Shown piece by piece: positions 14,495 through 29,962 of a DNA stretch of 64,000 bases. Under the pieces are notes generated by a model. The model made no database searches. It saw only the letters and a program-made list of their open reading frames with translations, and was not told the DNA's origin. The stretch is from Piromyces finnis finn (Eukaryota > Fungi > Neocallimastigomycota). A program made the position numbers and the translations under genes. The stretch is from NCBI GenBank assembly GCA_002104945.1, contig MCFH01000009.1, positions 744,001-808,000 on the forward strand. Direction: 5' to 3'. Numbering within the stretch: position 1 is the stretch's first letter; every line of letters starts with the position of its first letter.

Positions 14495-17400
14495 TTAAAA
14501 TCTTCTTTTATTTTTTAAATTCAAAGATTTAACACTTCTTCTTTCTTTTCTATCTCTTGAAGATTCTTCATCATTATCCATTTGTTTCTAAAATAATTTT
14601 ATTTTAAATAAAATATATAAGCTAATAAACTCAATTTAATATTATTAAGTTAATATCATATTACCTGTTTTCTTTTGTTAACCTTAAATGATAAAGACAT
14701 CGAACCTGTATTTGATCTTGATTTAAATGATTCATCAGTTAAATTACTAACTCTATCACCAAATGATTTATTAGATATTTTAAAGCTATTTTTGGATCCA
14801 AACATTTGTCCTGACTTTTAACATTAATAATAATAAAATGTAAATAAAAAGGAGTTAATAATGGAAAACTACAATTGCATTTATATTTAATTTTGATTTT
14901 TATTACCTTAATCTCTTTAAATTCTTTGGATTTTGAATTTTCAGTTTTTCTGGCCCTTTTCTTTGGTATATAATCTTCTTCTTCTTCTTCTTCTTCATTT
15001 ATTAATACAAATTTTTAAAAATTTTGTTAATACTTTAATAAATAATATAAATATTAAACGATTAATCCTAAATTACCAAATTCTGAAGAAGAAACATCAC
15101 TTCCATGACCTTCTGGTTCACTTTCTTCATCATTACTTTCTTCATCTTCTTCAGTAAATGCAGCTTTTTTATTTTCTGTTGGATGGAGTAAACGGTAGGC
15201 ATCTGTTGACTCATCAATAGCAAATTCTGGATCTTCAAACATTGATGAGAAACGACTATCACCCAATGGGTTTTCAATTGTAGCATTATCACGTTTAAGT
15301 TTCTTTTTATCATTACTTGCATTATCTTTAATAAGTTGGGAGGCAAATGCTTTATTAACTTTTGGTAAGCGTTTTGAAACAGAAATTCTGCTAGCTCTTT
15401 CCTTTTCAATTCTTTCTTGAACTCTTCTTCTACGATATTCTTCATATTCAAATGGATTAGTAATAGATTTCGCCTAATGAATTTTTTTAATACAAGCAAT
15501 ATTTAAATAAATAAAACATTATATTATATGAATTTTATTATAATAATTTATTTATACAAATAATAATAATAAATAAATAAATTATTAGTATAATTTATAC
15601 CTTTTGATATAATCTAAGATCAACGAAGAATCCATGCATATAAGCTCTTAAAACGTTTGTACCAATTAAATGATCTAAACCAAGGCTGGTTAACTCCTTT
15701 TTAGTTACGAATTTATAATCATCATACATATCTTGGTTACTCTTTTCTTCCATTTCTTCCTATATTTCATTATTTTATTAATATCTATTTTAATAAAATA
15801 ATATTTATTATTTATATGCTATGCTAATAACAAAACTTACTGTCATATTATCTAAGAAAGTACACCATTTTGGAGCAATACCAAGTTGTGGAATATAATA
15901 TGATTGTATTTGAGAACCTTCATTAGCTAAAAACATTAATCCAGTATCAGGAACAACACAACAATCATTAATATCTGTTGGAGGTTCAACATTTGTAAAT
16001 ACCTTTCCCTATTATATAATATATATATATATATAATTTTAATATTGCTAATAATTTTAATATTTTAAAAGATGAACAATGAATATTTTTATTTTTTATA
16101 TTTACAGTTGTTTCATTCCATATTTTAACAATCTTTGTATCGGCAGATATAATGTTTTGAGATTTATGATAAATAATATTTTTGATTGGATATCCATATT
16201 GATGATCTTTTACAAGGAAAGGTTTACTATTTCTTAAATCATACAATAAAACTTGACCGGTTGAAGTACCAACACCAAATGTTAAGCCATCATTTTTAAA
16301 TTTTAAAGTTGAAATTTGAGGACTTGATTCCAATGTTATCATTGGGTTTTGAAGAATATTTATTACTGGATTTAAAGTTGTTAAATTAGATTTATCTCTT
16401 GGATCCCAAAATTCAATATTACCATCTTCCCCACCAAATGCAAATAATTGATGTGCTGGATTAATATCTAAAGTCTTATTTATTAATTTTAATATAATTT
16501 TATCAATTAAATTATTTTATAATATATATGCAATATATATTTAAAATCAATAATTATCAAATATTAATTATTAATTATTAATTATTAATTATATTAAAAA
16601 TATTCAATCTTAATAATAGAAATTACATTTATAGCTGGCAATGAAGTAAATAGAGATTTCATAAAACGTCCTTGTTCTAAATTTAATCTATATACTTCCG
16701 AACTGTTACCTACAACCATTAAATCACAAGATTGATAATGATACTTCATATCTCTACCATTCTAAATTAATTATATTATATTTATTTTTTATTATTAATA
16801 AATATTTTATACTGAATAAATTAATTATATTTTTAATACCTTTGGTACTCTGGTTTTATAATGAATTCCAAATTGAGTATGAAATTCAACTGAACGATCT
16901 GCTTGTAAATGAACAGTTTTAGTCCAATCGTCTGATAATATCTATTTTTATTAAAATAATAAAATATTGAATATCTTTTGTTATAAAATATATAAATTTT
17001 AATTAATATTTTTTAAATCACTAACTTCAAATTGAACATTTTCACAATCTGTATGTCTATCAAATTTCATTGCTAATTGATTTACATCATATACTCTAAA
17101 TTGAGGTTTATAAATACCTTTGAGAATGATATATTCATATCATCATTATAATAATTTAATTAAAAAATATAAATAATAATTATTAATTACATTTGTTTAT
17201 ATCGTTTATATGTTATAAAAATATTTATTAATGTTTTCATTTGCTATAAATACCAGATGCAATAATATAATTTCCGTCTCTTGAGGTTTTAATTTTTAAA
17301 GAAGCTTCTGGAAAATCAAAATCTTGAATTAATTCAACCCTATTTCTCCATTCTTTAAAATTAATAGATATTAATATTAATATCAGAATTTAATCAATTT

Positions 17401-17556
17401 TTCATTTTTAATTATACACATTATATATCATTTACCTATATCATGTTTTAATGATTTTCTATTTCTTCTTGCAAGCCAATCTGGTATAGCTAATTTTGCT
17501 GCTGAAGTGATTGAATAAATCTTAACATCATTAGGATTTGAAACTTTCAAAGCCAT
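14495..17556 (-). CDS. NOL10: Nucleolar protein 10 / Enp2 (WD40 + NUC153), 40S biogenesis
   Basis: MALKVSNPNDVKIYS..; RVELIQDFDFPEAS; GLTFGVGTSTGQVLLYDLR; NUC153-like DSRFSSMFEDPEFAIDE; acidic/basic tail. Confidence 0.93.
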
Positions 17557-17870
17557 GTCTTTATATTGTTATATAAATAATGTGAAATAAATTTGTATTT
17601 AAAATAATAGTCAAAATTATTAATTGCAAATTTTGAAATTTGATTTCAATTTCACATATAATAATATATTTAATTATATTTTTTACTTTTTTTTTTTCTT
17701 CGATTTTAAAAATAATTTTAAACATTTTTTTAATTATGATTGGATAATAATTCATTATAATTATTATTATATCATTAATAATTATTTTTATATTATTAAA
17801 CTTTAAATCTATTGATTTATTAAAAGTCTTATATTTGAAGTATTAAAAAAACTGAATATACATTTAAAAT

Positions 17871-19014
17871 ATGTTTTTTTCTGAAGAATTAACGAACTCG
17901 CATAATAATAATAATCAAAATGGAAATAATAAACATATTAAAAATAATAAAAATAAGGAATATAAAAATGAATTATTAATATTTGGGTATTCTTGTAATA
18001 TTTTTAGGTAAAGAGAAAGTAAAAAGTAAAAATAGATATACAAAATAAAATATATAAATATTATTTGAATATTCATATATTAATTATTAATTAATAATGA
18101 TAATAGAGATGATAAAACTGCTGAGCGTTTAGAAAAATATAATGGGGATTTATTAATTCCATGGCATGATGATGAAGATTATTCATTATATTTAGATAGG
18201 TAAAAAAAAAAAAAAAAAAAAAAAAAGTATTATGTATTATTAATGTTGAAATAACAATAATAATAAAATTAAAATAAAAAATTAAAAAGAAAGGAATTAA
18301 ATTTAAGATTGTAATAATAAAAATTGCAAAATTTTATAGTAAAATGTAAAGTAATAACATTAAAAATAATATTAATTTACAATATAAATGATAAATCATT
18401 AATTTTTCATTTTCTATAGAAATAATGGTAACATTTATATATTAATTATTTTTTTCGAAATTTATTTAAAATATTAATTTTATTTTGTTAATAAAAATAT
18501 TGTTTCATAAATAATAACCATAGATATGATGTAAGAAATTTAATTGAAGATAAAAACTCTCTTGAAAAAATGGAACATTATAAAAATGAATTGAATAATG
18601 ATGAAATTATATATGATGAAGAAAGATATATGGATCTAGATTCAGAAGAAGAAAAATTAAATGAAATGTCTGAAGATGAGCGTGAAATATATTTAGGTAA
18701 TTATATAAAATTAAAAATTGAATGTTTATATGAAAGTACTAAAATTTATTGATATTAAAATAACTTAAAAAGAAATAAAAAGAGAAAAAAAAATAAAAAA
18801 GGAAATGGAAAAAGAGGAAGAAAATGGTATATAATTAATAATATTAATTTTTTTCATTTTTAGTCAAATAAAACCTTTAATTATTAAAATTATATAAAAT
18901 ATTGATTTCTAGAAGAAGTAAATACAGATGAATCAACAGATATAGAAGAAGTATGTATAAACTATTAATAATATTATTCATAAATCAAATAGAAAATATT
19001 AGTTTTATTTAAAA

Positions 19015-19056
<42 letters not shown>

Positions 19057-20273
19057 TTATATAGCCTGATACAGAGCAACAAAAAAAAATAATTGAAAAA
19101 ACTGCAAAATTTATTACAGAAAGCTCAAATTCACAAATTGAAATTATTATACAAGTATAGTTATAAGATATATTAAAATAATAATATGCATATATAAAAG
19201 TAGTAAATTGTTCATTTGATTTATACGATATACATAATAAATTCATTTAATTTAACAATAGGCGAAGCAATCAAGCAATCCATTATTCAATTTTTTAAAT
19301 AAAAATGATATTTTATATCCATATTATCAACGTACTTGTTTATTAATGAAAATGGGAATATATTCTTATTCAGAAGATAAAACCACCAATAATGATAAAA
19401 AAAACAATAATATCAGGAATGACATCAATAACAATAGTATGGATACTAAAAGTAGTAATAATTCAAGCATAGATGAAAATAAGAGTAAGGACGACAAAAA
19501 TCAATATCATAGTAAAAATAGTAATAACGATACCAATAGAGAAAATCTTGAGTATTCAGAATTAGAAAAAAGAATGTAATATATATATATATTCAATATA
19601 ATATATATTCAATATAATATATATTATATATTAACAATTGTTATTGTTATTGTTATAGACCTGAAAATACTAAATTAATAATAGAAAAAATGGCAGATTA
19701 TATAGCTAGAAATGGAAATGAATTTGAAACACTAGTAAGGCAAAAAAATATTGGGAATGAGAAGTTTTCTTTTATGCAACCATGGGTAATTATATGTTTA
19801 TATATATTTGAATATTTTTCTTCTATATATTGTATACATATATATTAATACTAAATTATTTAAAAAATAAAATAAGAACGAATTTTATAATTATTATAAA
19901 TATAAAATTGATAAATGTTTAATGCTAAATAAGATAAATCGCTCTGAAAACAGTAATGATAAAAATGATGATAATAATAATAATATTAAAAATGAAGCAC
20001 TATATAAAAATAATAATTATAATGAAGATAAAAGTATACTAGAGGAAAAATTAAGTTGTATTAGTGATGAATCAAAATCTACAAAAAACAATGAAGGTAT
20101 ATTATAAATAATATAAATAAACATATATATATTGTGATTGATACAATTGAAAAAATATATTAATTAAAAACCTAATTTTTATATTTTAAATTTTATAAAT
20201 GAAAGATATAAAAGCAAAAAGATTACTAAAAATGAAAGAAATATTAGCAAAAAAAAAGTTAAAGAAGAATTAA
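17871..20273 (+). CDS. SFSWAP: SFSWAP-like splicing regulator (DRY_EERY domain + two SURP/SWAP domains)
   Basis: Spliced: ELLIFGYSCNIFRDD..LIPW..LDRYDVR..DEERY. SURP1: PDTEQQKIIEKTAKFI..NPLFNFLN..LYPYY. SURP2: LIIEKMADYIARNGNEFE..FSFMQPW. Confidence 0.8.
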
Positions 20274-20939
20274 TAATCAATATAAATAATATATATCATT
20301 CCTTTATAAAAAATATAATTTTTATATTTTTAAAGTTTATTTTGTTTCTTTAATTAATAATTAATTTATTTATACTATTAAATTTTAATTTTTACTAAAT
20401 CCTATTAAATATAAATTTTATTTGAAAAATAATAAATAAAAGAAAATTAATCTATCAAATACTTTTATTTCAAAATTAAAGTTATATATATAATATTTTT
20501 AAAAAAAAAAAAAAAAATGTATTAATTTACACTTTAGCTTTTTAAACATATTTTTAAATTAAAAAAAAAAAAAGTTTTTAGTAAAATAAATATTAAATAA
20601 TTATATATAATATTTCTTATGTTTTTTAATATATTATTATTTTTTTGTTCTTATAATACTATAACATTTTTTCCATAACATAATAAATATAAAACATATG
20701 AATAAAATTATTTAAATTTATCATTTAAAACTTTAATTTTTTATAATTATTAAAATAATTTAATAAACATATAATAAAAGATAATTTCAAATAATAGTTT
20801 TTATATTCTCTAAAAATTTAACTAATCTATTGAAATTATTTTATCAAAACAAAATAAATATTTAATTTTTATAATCATTCTTTTAGATTTATTCTACTTT
20901 ATCAACTTTTATAATTTATACGTATAATATTTGAGCAAA

Positions 20940-23900
20940 ATGCTTAAATATTTATTTATATTTTTATTTCTATTTAAATATATTTATGCTAGTTCAACTG
21001 TACATATATCAACATGGAAAGAACTAATTGAGTATAAACCAGAAAATAAAAATGAAGAATATATTTTTATTTTAGATAAAAATATTTACGCTACTGATGA
21101 TCCAGGTGATATTCTTTCTCAATATAAAAAAATTAAAATTAAAAGTGAAAACGACCAAAAAAGAATATATTGTATTGGAACAGATTTAACTGCATTATTT
21201 AAATTTTCAAGTACAACTGATGAACTCGAGTTTACATTAGAAAATGCTAAACTTATTTCTTGTAAATATCCTCAAGTTGTAATGGAAGGTCAAAATGTTA
21301 AAGTCAATCTTATCAATATTGAATTTTCACAAAATCAAGATTCAGCTATTCAAGCAACTAGTGTAAAATCTGTAATTATTAAAAATTGTACTTTTAGGTA
21401 TATATTAAAATAAGAAATTCATATAATTAATTTATTATATATTATTATTAAATATATAATATGAATAATATATAATAATATGCTTATTTTACATAAGCAT
21501 AAACTTACTAAAATAAATATTAATTAAATTTTTAATATTAATTTATTTAGTAAAAATAAAAAAGGTAATAAACCACAGATTTACATAGAAAATAAAAACA
21601 ATGATAAAACATTAGTTACAATGGATAATTGTATTGGTACGGATAATACAAATGATATTAAGGATGTAACATCATCTGGTGGTTGGGGTTATTTTTCAAA
21701 TTCAGAATTAAAATTTTCTAATATTCTTTCAATTGGAAATAAAAGTGATAATAATGGAGGTAATCACAATAAAAAAATATATACTTATTTTTTTTAATAA
21801 AAACAGAAATATATTTTATGGAAGCAACTTTTATTTAAATATTTGATTTATAGCTGTATTTAATATTAGGTATTGTAATGGAACAATTAAAAATTCAGAA
21901 TTCAAAAATAGTAATTTTGGTGGTAAGGGTATCATTTATCATTATTGTAAGTATAAACTTTCAATATTTACTATATTATATAATCCACATATTCATTTTA
22001 TTAATAATTATTATAATTTAATCTTTATTTTACATAATTTATATATATATAAAAAGATTCTAACCTTGAGTAAGAAAAAATAATCAATAATTAATCAACA
22101 TTTATAATTCAAAAATATGCATATATTTAATTAATAATTTTATATAATAATATATATATTATATAGTATCTATAATACAACTTTCCATGATAATCAAGGT
22201 TATGGATGCGGTTTATATTATGTTTATGGTACAACTTCAGATTCACTTGAAAAATACGCACCATCAAATCTTTACAATTGCAAATTTGAAAGTAATATTT
22301 AAATTATAATTATGCAAAAATTATATAAATCAATCAATACTATTAAATTTTATTTATTTTAATAAAATTAACATTATAATTTTTATATTATAAAATAAAA
22401 TCAGACAATCGTGGTATAGATACTCAAAGAGCAGGTGCTATTTATCTTGAAGGTGCTCAAACTGTTAATATATATGATAGTATTTTCAGAAATATTACAG
22501 TTATTGCTCGTGGTGGTTGTTTCCAAGTTAATGGTATTTCAAAAATAACAACTAATAATTGTTATTTTGACTCAATCTTTGCTTCAGATGCTGGTGCTAT
22601 TTTTAATTCTGGTTATGATAGTCATGTTGAAGTTAAGAATTGTTATTGTAAGTACACAAATAATCAATGCAATAATTAATAGCATTAATAAAAACTAATA
22701 TTAATAATAAAAAATATAAAAATAAAACTATATATAAAAATGTTATAAAGTCAAAAATGTATATGCTAATACTGGCGCAATTATTAACTCTAATAGTGGA
22801 AATACAATTCTTGTAGAAGATACATATGTTGAAGGATCATTTTCACAAAAAGGTAAAAAAAATTCTTTTATTTTATATATTAATAAAAAATTACATTACT
22901 CTATCTAAATAAAAATTATGTTTTAGCTTTATTCTATATGGTTGAATATAATACAAAGACATTTGCCAAATATAATAATCTTACCATTGTTGATAGTATT
23001 GGTAAATATTTTAATAATATAAAATCAATTTTATTTATAATAATTAATGAATAGTAATAATACATAAAATATAGGTTCAGAAGGATTATTATATCTTTAT
23101 AAAAATTCATATGAAAATTCGGATGTTGAATTTACTGTAACTAATAGTACATTTAAGAATAATGGAAATAAACCAATTTCTACTACAATCTCAGGTAATA
23201 CAGCTTCTGTTAGTGTGTCAGCCCCTATGATTAATATTTCTGATGTTGGACAGTCTGTATGTTAAATAATATGAAATAATATTTATGTAATTTAAAGAAA
23301 AAATAATAATAAGTCTATATTTATATTATAAATATTTAAAAATATAGACTGTTTTAATTGACAACTGTGACTTTATTGGCAATACAGTCAACATTCAAAC
23401 AGGAATTGGTGGTGTACTTTCATTAAACCTTAGTAGAAAAAAGCCTTTAATATTTTCTAATTTAAGATTTATTAACAATACTGTCAATGCTAACGGTGGT
23501 GGATTGTAAATACTTTTATAGAAATAAATTATAAGTATTTATATATAGAAACTAAAATATAATTATATTATAAATAATGAAATAGATATGTTGGTTCATT
23601 AGATTCTGAAGATGCAATTATTGATATGAAATTCCATAATCTCTACTTTGAAGGAAATAGAGCAACTGGTAGTGGTGGTGGTTTATATATTGATAATATC
23701 AGACCTAATGAATATGATATTTTCAGATCATTTGATTTAAAGAATTTCACATTCATTAATAACTACGCTGAAGAATGTGGAGGTATGAACTTATTAATTA
23801 TTTAATTTATGTAAATTTTTTAATCAAAAATAAGATACTTATTATAACTCTATTTTTATTAAATAAAAAAATAGGTGGTATGGTTGTTCAATCAGATATT

Positions 23901-26329
23901 TTCAAAGATACTGTTTTAGAAAACTTTATATTCAAAGGTAATTATGCTAAAGTTGGTGGTGGTGCTTATGTAAGTTAATATTATAGTTATAAATAAAGTA
24001 TAATTGAAGTATTGAAAGATTTTATTAATACCATTTTCTTAAATATTATAATTAGTACACCAGTAATCTTGAATCTACACCAAAATTCCTTCCAGATCCT
24101 CCATATACTGAAGGTGATTCTGCTGGATTTGGTAGATTCTTATCATCCGAACCAAGTAAATTTGAATTTAAAGGAACCTTTGAAAATAATTTAGAAATTT
24201 ATAGTGGAAAAGAATTAAAAAGTTTCACATTTGAACTATTAGATGCTTGGAATAGTTTATATGTTTCTGATAACGTATTCTCAAATGTTAAAACTTTAAC
24301 TTTCTTAGCTATAAAAATTATCGATGAAGAAGAATATATTAACTATGGTGATACTCAAAGTACTAATGCTATTATTAGAGGAAATACTTTTGAATTATTC
24401 GATCAAGGTATAAGGGATATAAATATTAAATGATTTAAAGATAATTATTTATTAAATTAAATAAAAAAAATATAAAATATAATTTAATTAAATCTAGGTG
24501 TATGCCAACTTGATCAATTTAAGATTTATGGTAAGCCTGGTGTATATTATCTTGTGTTCTATATACCGTATGTATTCTAAATAATATATATATATTTGTT
24601 TGTTTGTTTATTTATTTATTTATTTATTTATTTAATAAAATATTTATAAATACATTTTTTAATATCAAAAATTTTATATAATCAACAGTCTTTCAGGACA
24701 TAGTAATCTTGTTCATCAAAATTTGACTGCAAGAGTTACTATTACTGATTGTAATTCAAAAGTTACTGGTCTTTATCCAATAACTTCTGAAGTTGCTCCA
24801 GAATTCCAAGAATGCTCTACACCAAAATGTGAAGGTGAATATTCCTGTCTTAATAAAGGTAATTGTATTAAACCTCCGGAATTAGTTGATCCTAACGATC
24901 CTGATGATGCTTTCTGTGAATGTCAAGCAGGTTGGAAAGGACCTATGTAAGTACTGTTTAATTAAATAAAATATATATATATAAGAGATATATATAGAAT
25001 CTATATATTAAAATAATATTTTAAATTATTTAATAAAGTTGTAATGATAAAGATTATTATGAATGGAAATCAGCAAATACGATTTTTAACATAACTACAA
25101 TTATTTTGATTATTGTATTAATAATATGTGGAGCTGCTATTATTATTAATAAAAATAAGTTATTATTCTCTACTTCATATCCATGGTTATTATTAATTTG
25201 TGATATTGTTTGTATATTAGCACTTTGCTCTATTTTCTTCTTCAGAACTGAACCAAATGCTTCCATGTGTCTTGTTTATCCATTGATTCATTATATTAGT
25301 TTTATTTGTCTTTGGGGTATGATAATGTTCATATTCTATAAATCTAAACTCATTGTAGCTCTCCCAACTAAATCAAACAGTACATCCGCCCAAATTAGTA
25401 TTAGGCAATCATTCTTTATACAAAGTACAAATAATAATACAACAAATCAAGATAACATATCAAAAGGTGACAAACTTGAACCACAAAAACAAAGTAATCA
25501 AGATTTCAGTATATCCTTATTAGAAACCCAATCAAGAATGAGAGAAGAATTTATTCATTTAATTTTAACTATTATATTCTCTGTTGCTTACATTATCTTT
25601 ATTTCAGTATGGTTAATCTTAGCTGTTGTTAAGCAAAATAATGGCGTTGAAAATGAAAGTCACTTATCTAATGGTGAAATTGTTAAGACTTGTAAAGTTA
25701 ATTACTTAGAACCTGTTACATATATTCAATTGTTCCTTCTTCTCTTTGGAATTACTTTTACAAACAGAAAATGGTCTCTTGGTGGTTATCACATTGATCT
25801 TAGACATTTTGCTTTCGGTATGGCAAATTGGATTCTTTGTGGACCATTCATTACTGTAAGAATAAACAAAAAATATATTTAAAATAAAAAATATGAAATT
25901 TTATATAAATAATTGACAAAAAATATATATAAATTTATTATAATTATAGATTATTACTTTCACTATGATGAACGATAATCCAAGTGCCCAACTTTCATTA
26001 TACAGAGTCAGTATTATGCTTTCAATGACAGTAAGTATAATAAATATTACTTAAAAATATAGTAGTTATTTGAAATATTAATTTCATCTATAATATTTAA
26101 ATAATTATAGCCAATTATTCCAATCATTGTAGTTCCAAAATTATTATTGATTAATGATAAGAATGTTAATACTGATGATTACTCTACATTTGCTATTCCA
26201 TTTAGTGAAAAGCAAGTATCTAAACTTACATCTAATTACAATTCTGAAGTATCTAATTCTCAAACAGGTACTGGTGCTGCTTCATCTTTCAATCAAGGAA
26301 GAGGAAGTGGTGTTGATAGTTATATATAA
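20940..26329 (+). CDS. Class-C-like GPCR: signal peptide, long right-handed beta-helix (pectin-lyase-fold/GG-A-I repeats) ectodomain, EGF-like domain, 7TM
   Basis: Signal MLKYLFIFLFLFKYIYA. Repeated AGAIY/GGCF/AGAIF/GGGL/GGGAY motifs in N-rich exons. EGF-like CEGEYSCLNKGNCIKP..FCECQAGWKGP. The 25106-25882 exon and following exons give about 7 hydrophobic segments. Confidence 0.8.
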
Positions 26330-26399
26330 ATATAAACTAATGTTTTATAATATATATGTGAAAAAAACATTTATAACTTTAGAAAATATATATATATAT

Positions 26400-26434
<35 letters not shown>

Positions 26435-27031
26435 TAATTTATTATATATATTTATATTCTTTATTTCTCTGTATTTTAACATTCAAATTTTAATAATTTT
26501 AAAATAAAATTAATATGTATTAACACAATTTAATATGTAAATAAACAAATAAAAATACCATTAATAATATATATAAGATTAAGTGTTTAGTAATAACATA
26601 TAACATTATTAGAATTGTAATTTATTTGTTCTTTTACAGTGAATAGAAATCATTATTTATTCATAAATAAAGAGATTATAATGATTTTTTTAATAGTTTC
26701 ATAATATTATTATTTGTTTGTTTATTTTTTTATTATTTATTAATGATTTAATTATTTATATTTTTTAATTCCATTTATGTATTTTTATTATTAAAATTAA
26801 AATCACTAAAATTAATTCATGATTAAAATTAAATTATTTAACATTAAAAAAAACGAAAAATATTAAATAATAATAATAATAATAATGCATATTCTTTCTA
26901 ACATTATTAATAGTTTTATAACTATCTTCTTCTTATTAATGTTTCTTTATCTTTTTCTTTATATTTTAAAAAAAAAAAGTCTAAATTATTTATTATTATT
27001 ATTATTACTATTACTATTATTATTATTAATG

Positions 27032-27393
27032 TTAAATTAGATTTTCGTCATCATTATTAATTTGATTTTCTAAATCATCATATAATTCAAAATCATCGTT
27101 CTTATATATATCTGAATTATCTTCTACTTTAACATCTATATTTTCTTCAGCCCATTTATATACATCTTCATTAGATTCAGGTCCAATTTCATCCTCATTC
27201 TCTGATCCACTACCAAAATCAAATCCAACAGTAATATCGTCAACTGGCTTCTTTGAAAGAGGGTCTTCTTTTTGAATAACGCCTTCACTTGGTTGATTAA
27301 CGAAATGTTCATCAAGATCAATTTCATCTACATCGTCGGATGGAAGCTAATATTATGTGAAGTATATGATTATATAATAAGTAAGTAATTAAT

Positions 27394-27430
<37 letters not shown>

Positions 27431-27642
27431 TAACGTTTTACTTGATCAAGTCCATATCTTTGATTATTAGCTGTTGGTCTCCATAAAAATATAATTGATG
27501 AATATCCAAAGAGATAAATTAAATTTAAAAATCCATCAAGCCAGAACCATCTTGAGGACTAAAATTGTAATTAAAATTTAATTTACAATATATAGTTAAA
27601 AGTATTACAATCTTGAACAATTACATAAAGTATAATACATAT

Positions 27643-27676
<34 letters not shown>

Positions 27677-29962
27677 TAGTACCCAGTGATCAACAATCCA
27701 TTGAATATCTTGATTACCCATAAAATTAAATGAACTTGCAACAAAAAATACAAATATAAGTATTACACAAATAATTAATATTCTTCTTAAATTTAAGAAC
27801 ATATTTAATTTTGCTTCCTGTTGTCCTATATATCATTATTGTTAATAATATAAAATTTTAATATATAATAATTTAATAGAGAATTTATTATTAAATTTAG
27901 TTATATAAACCATTTACTTTGTTCAAGCTTTCTTATTGAATTAGTTAATGCAGCTAAAGTCCATACATAAAATATTGTCATGGCAGCAGATAATGGAAAT
28001 ACAAAGAATAAAACAACAAATTCTGTAATTTCTGAAACAACCATTAAACCAATTGCATATAATACACCGAATATAAAATGAACTAAAGTTAAAAGTTGAA
28101 CTTTTTTCATTGTGCTACCTAATGATTGTCTAAATATACCAAAATAATAATAATAATAATAATATAAATCAGTTATATAAATTATTTTATAAATATAAAT
28201 TATAAATAAATAATTCATACTTACTTTACTACACCATAGCCCATACATACAATCAATAAAATAAAGAAAGTTAAACTATTTCTTCCAGCATTTAAACTTC
28301 CAGCTAAAATCATAAGAATCAATGAATTATTGTTGGTATTATTATAATGATTATAGTATATATAATGCATTCTAAATATAAATAGTTTAAATATGATTAT
28401 TGTAAATATTAATATAACTCCTTGAAAATAAATAAAAATAACATAATTTCATTTTTATTTCTTACATCATTTCAATTGTAACAAAAACAGTAATACCGGT
28501 AATATAATGTTGAATTGGTAAAATATCCTGACGATAGATATAGGCGTTAATTATCCAAAGTGTACAAATAACTATGTAAATACTAATGAACATATTAATA
28601 TATTAATATATATCTCTTTTATATGTGAACATGAATGGAAAATTATTATCATAATACATACATTGCTAAAATACCATAAAACTAATTGAAAAATTACAAA
28701 ATATAATTAATTATTTTATAAATATTATATTAAAGAAATGTTAATTCATTGTAATTTTTACCTTAATTTTTGGATAATCACCACCTGGTAATTCACCTGT
28801 ACTACTATGCCATTCAACGTCTTTTTAAAAAATAATAATAAAGTAATGGTAATGGTAATGATAATAAATTAATAATTTTTTATAATTAAATAATATTTAT
28901 TAAATTTAATGTCTTTATTTTAAATCAATACTTGAAATAATATCGAATGATCCATCATAATCCTTTTCATTAGCAGGTTTTATAATAACTGAATATAAAC
29001 CTATTATATTATGATATGTTAACATTATTAATCAACAAAATAGAGCGATTATAACATAACAATTATTAATTATTAATTAACTAATTAATTACCAGTTTTT
29101 TTGACTTCATATTTTAATCCTTTTGAATATGGAAATTTTGTCTTTTCATTTATTAAAAACTTTTCAGCTAAAATATCAAATTTTTTTTCTTTATCATCAA
29201 TGATAATTTCATTTAAATTTTTACATATGTTTTTTTCCATTAATTCTTCCTCACACATAAGAAATTTCTAATTAAAAAAAATTAATCATTCATGCTTCAT
29301 TTAATTAAACTTGAATTATATTTGTATTATTATTACCATATTATCTATATTATATCCAATATTATTTAAATCTAAATAATTGCAAACCTATAATTTTATT
29401 AATAATTAATAATTACAATTAATAATTATATTATTCTATTAATTATATTAAAATTATATATTTATATAATAAAAATAAAAACAAGTACAATGGCAACCAT
29501 AGTAACATTATAGTTAGTAGTTTCGGGTTTTTTAACTTCAATTTCAATATAGGCTAAAATAAACAAATAAAATATAAATGTAAAAATAATATTATATTGA
29601 TTAAAATAAGTTCTATTTTTATCTTGGATTAATAAATACTTAATTAATAATAACATTACCATTTTTCTTCTCATTTACAATGATTCCATATTGTGAGTAA
29701 ATTTTATTTGTCTTACTATTCTAATTTAACAAAAGAAAACATTCAGAGGTTAAATAATTATTTTAAGGAATTAATATATTAAAAAAAAAGGAAAAAAAGA
29801 AAAAATAAAATTGAAAATTGAACAAATATAATATAATACTTATAATTATTATTAAAATAAATGGTATATCAGAAAACTTACTAATTGTTCAGATAAAGAA
29901 TAAACAAGGGATGGAAAATATATTGAACAAAATAATAATATAAATATATATGGCCCTTTCAT
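27032..29962 (-). CDS. PTM1: PTM1/TMEM87 (GOST family, Lung_7-TM_R) Golgi seven-TM protein
   Basis: Signal MKGPYIFILLFCSIYFPSLVYS; GELPGGDYPK; LLIVCMGYGVV; RWFWLDGF..FLWRPTANNQRY family signature; acidic tail. Confidence 0.88.
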
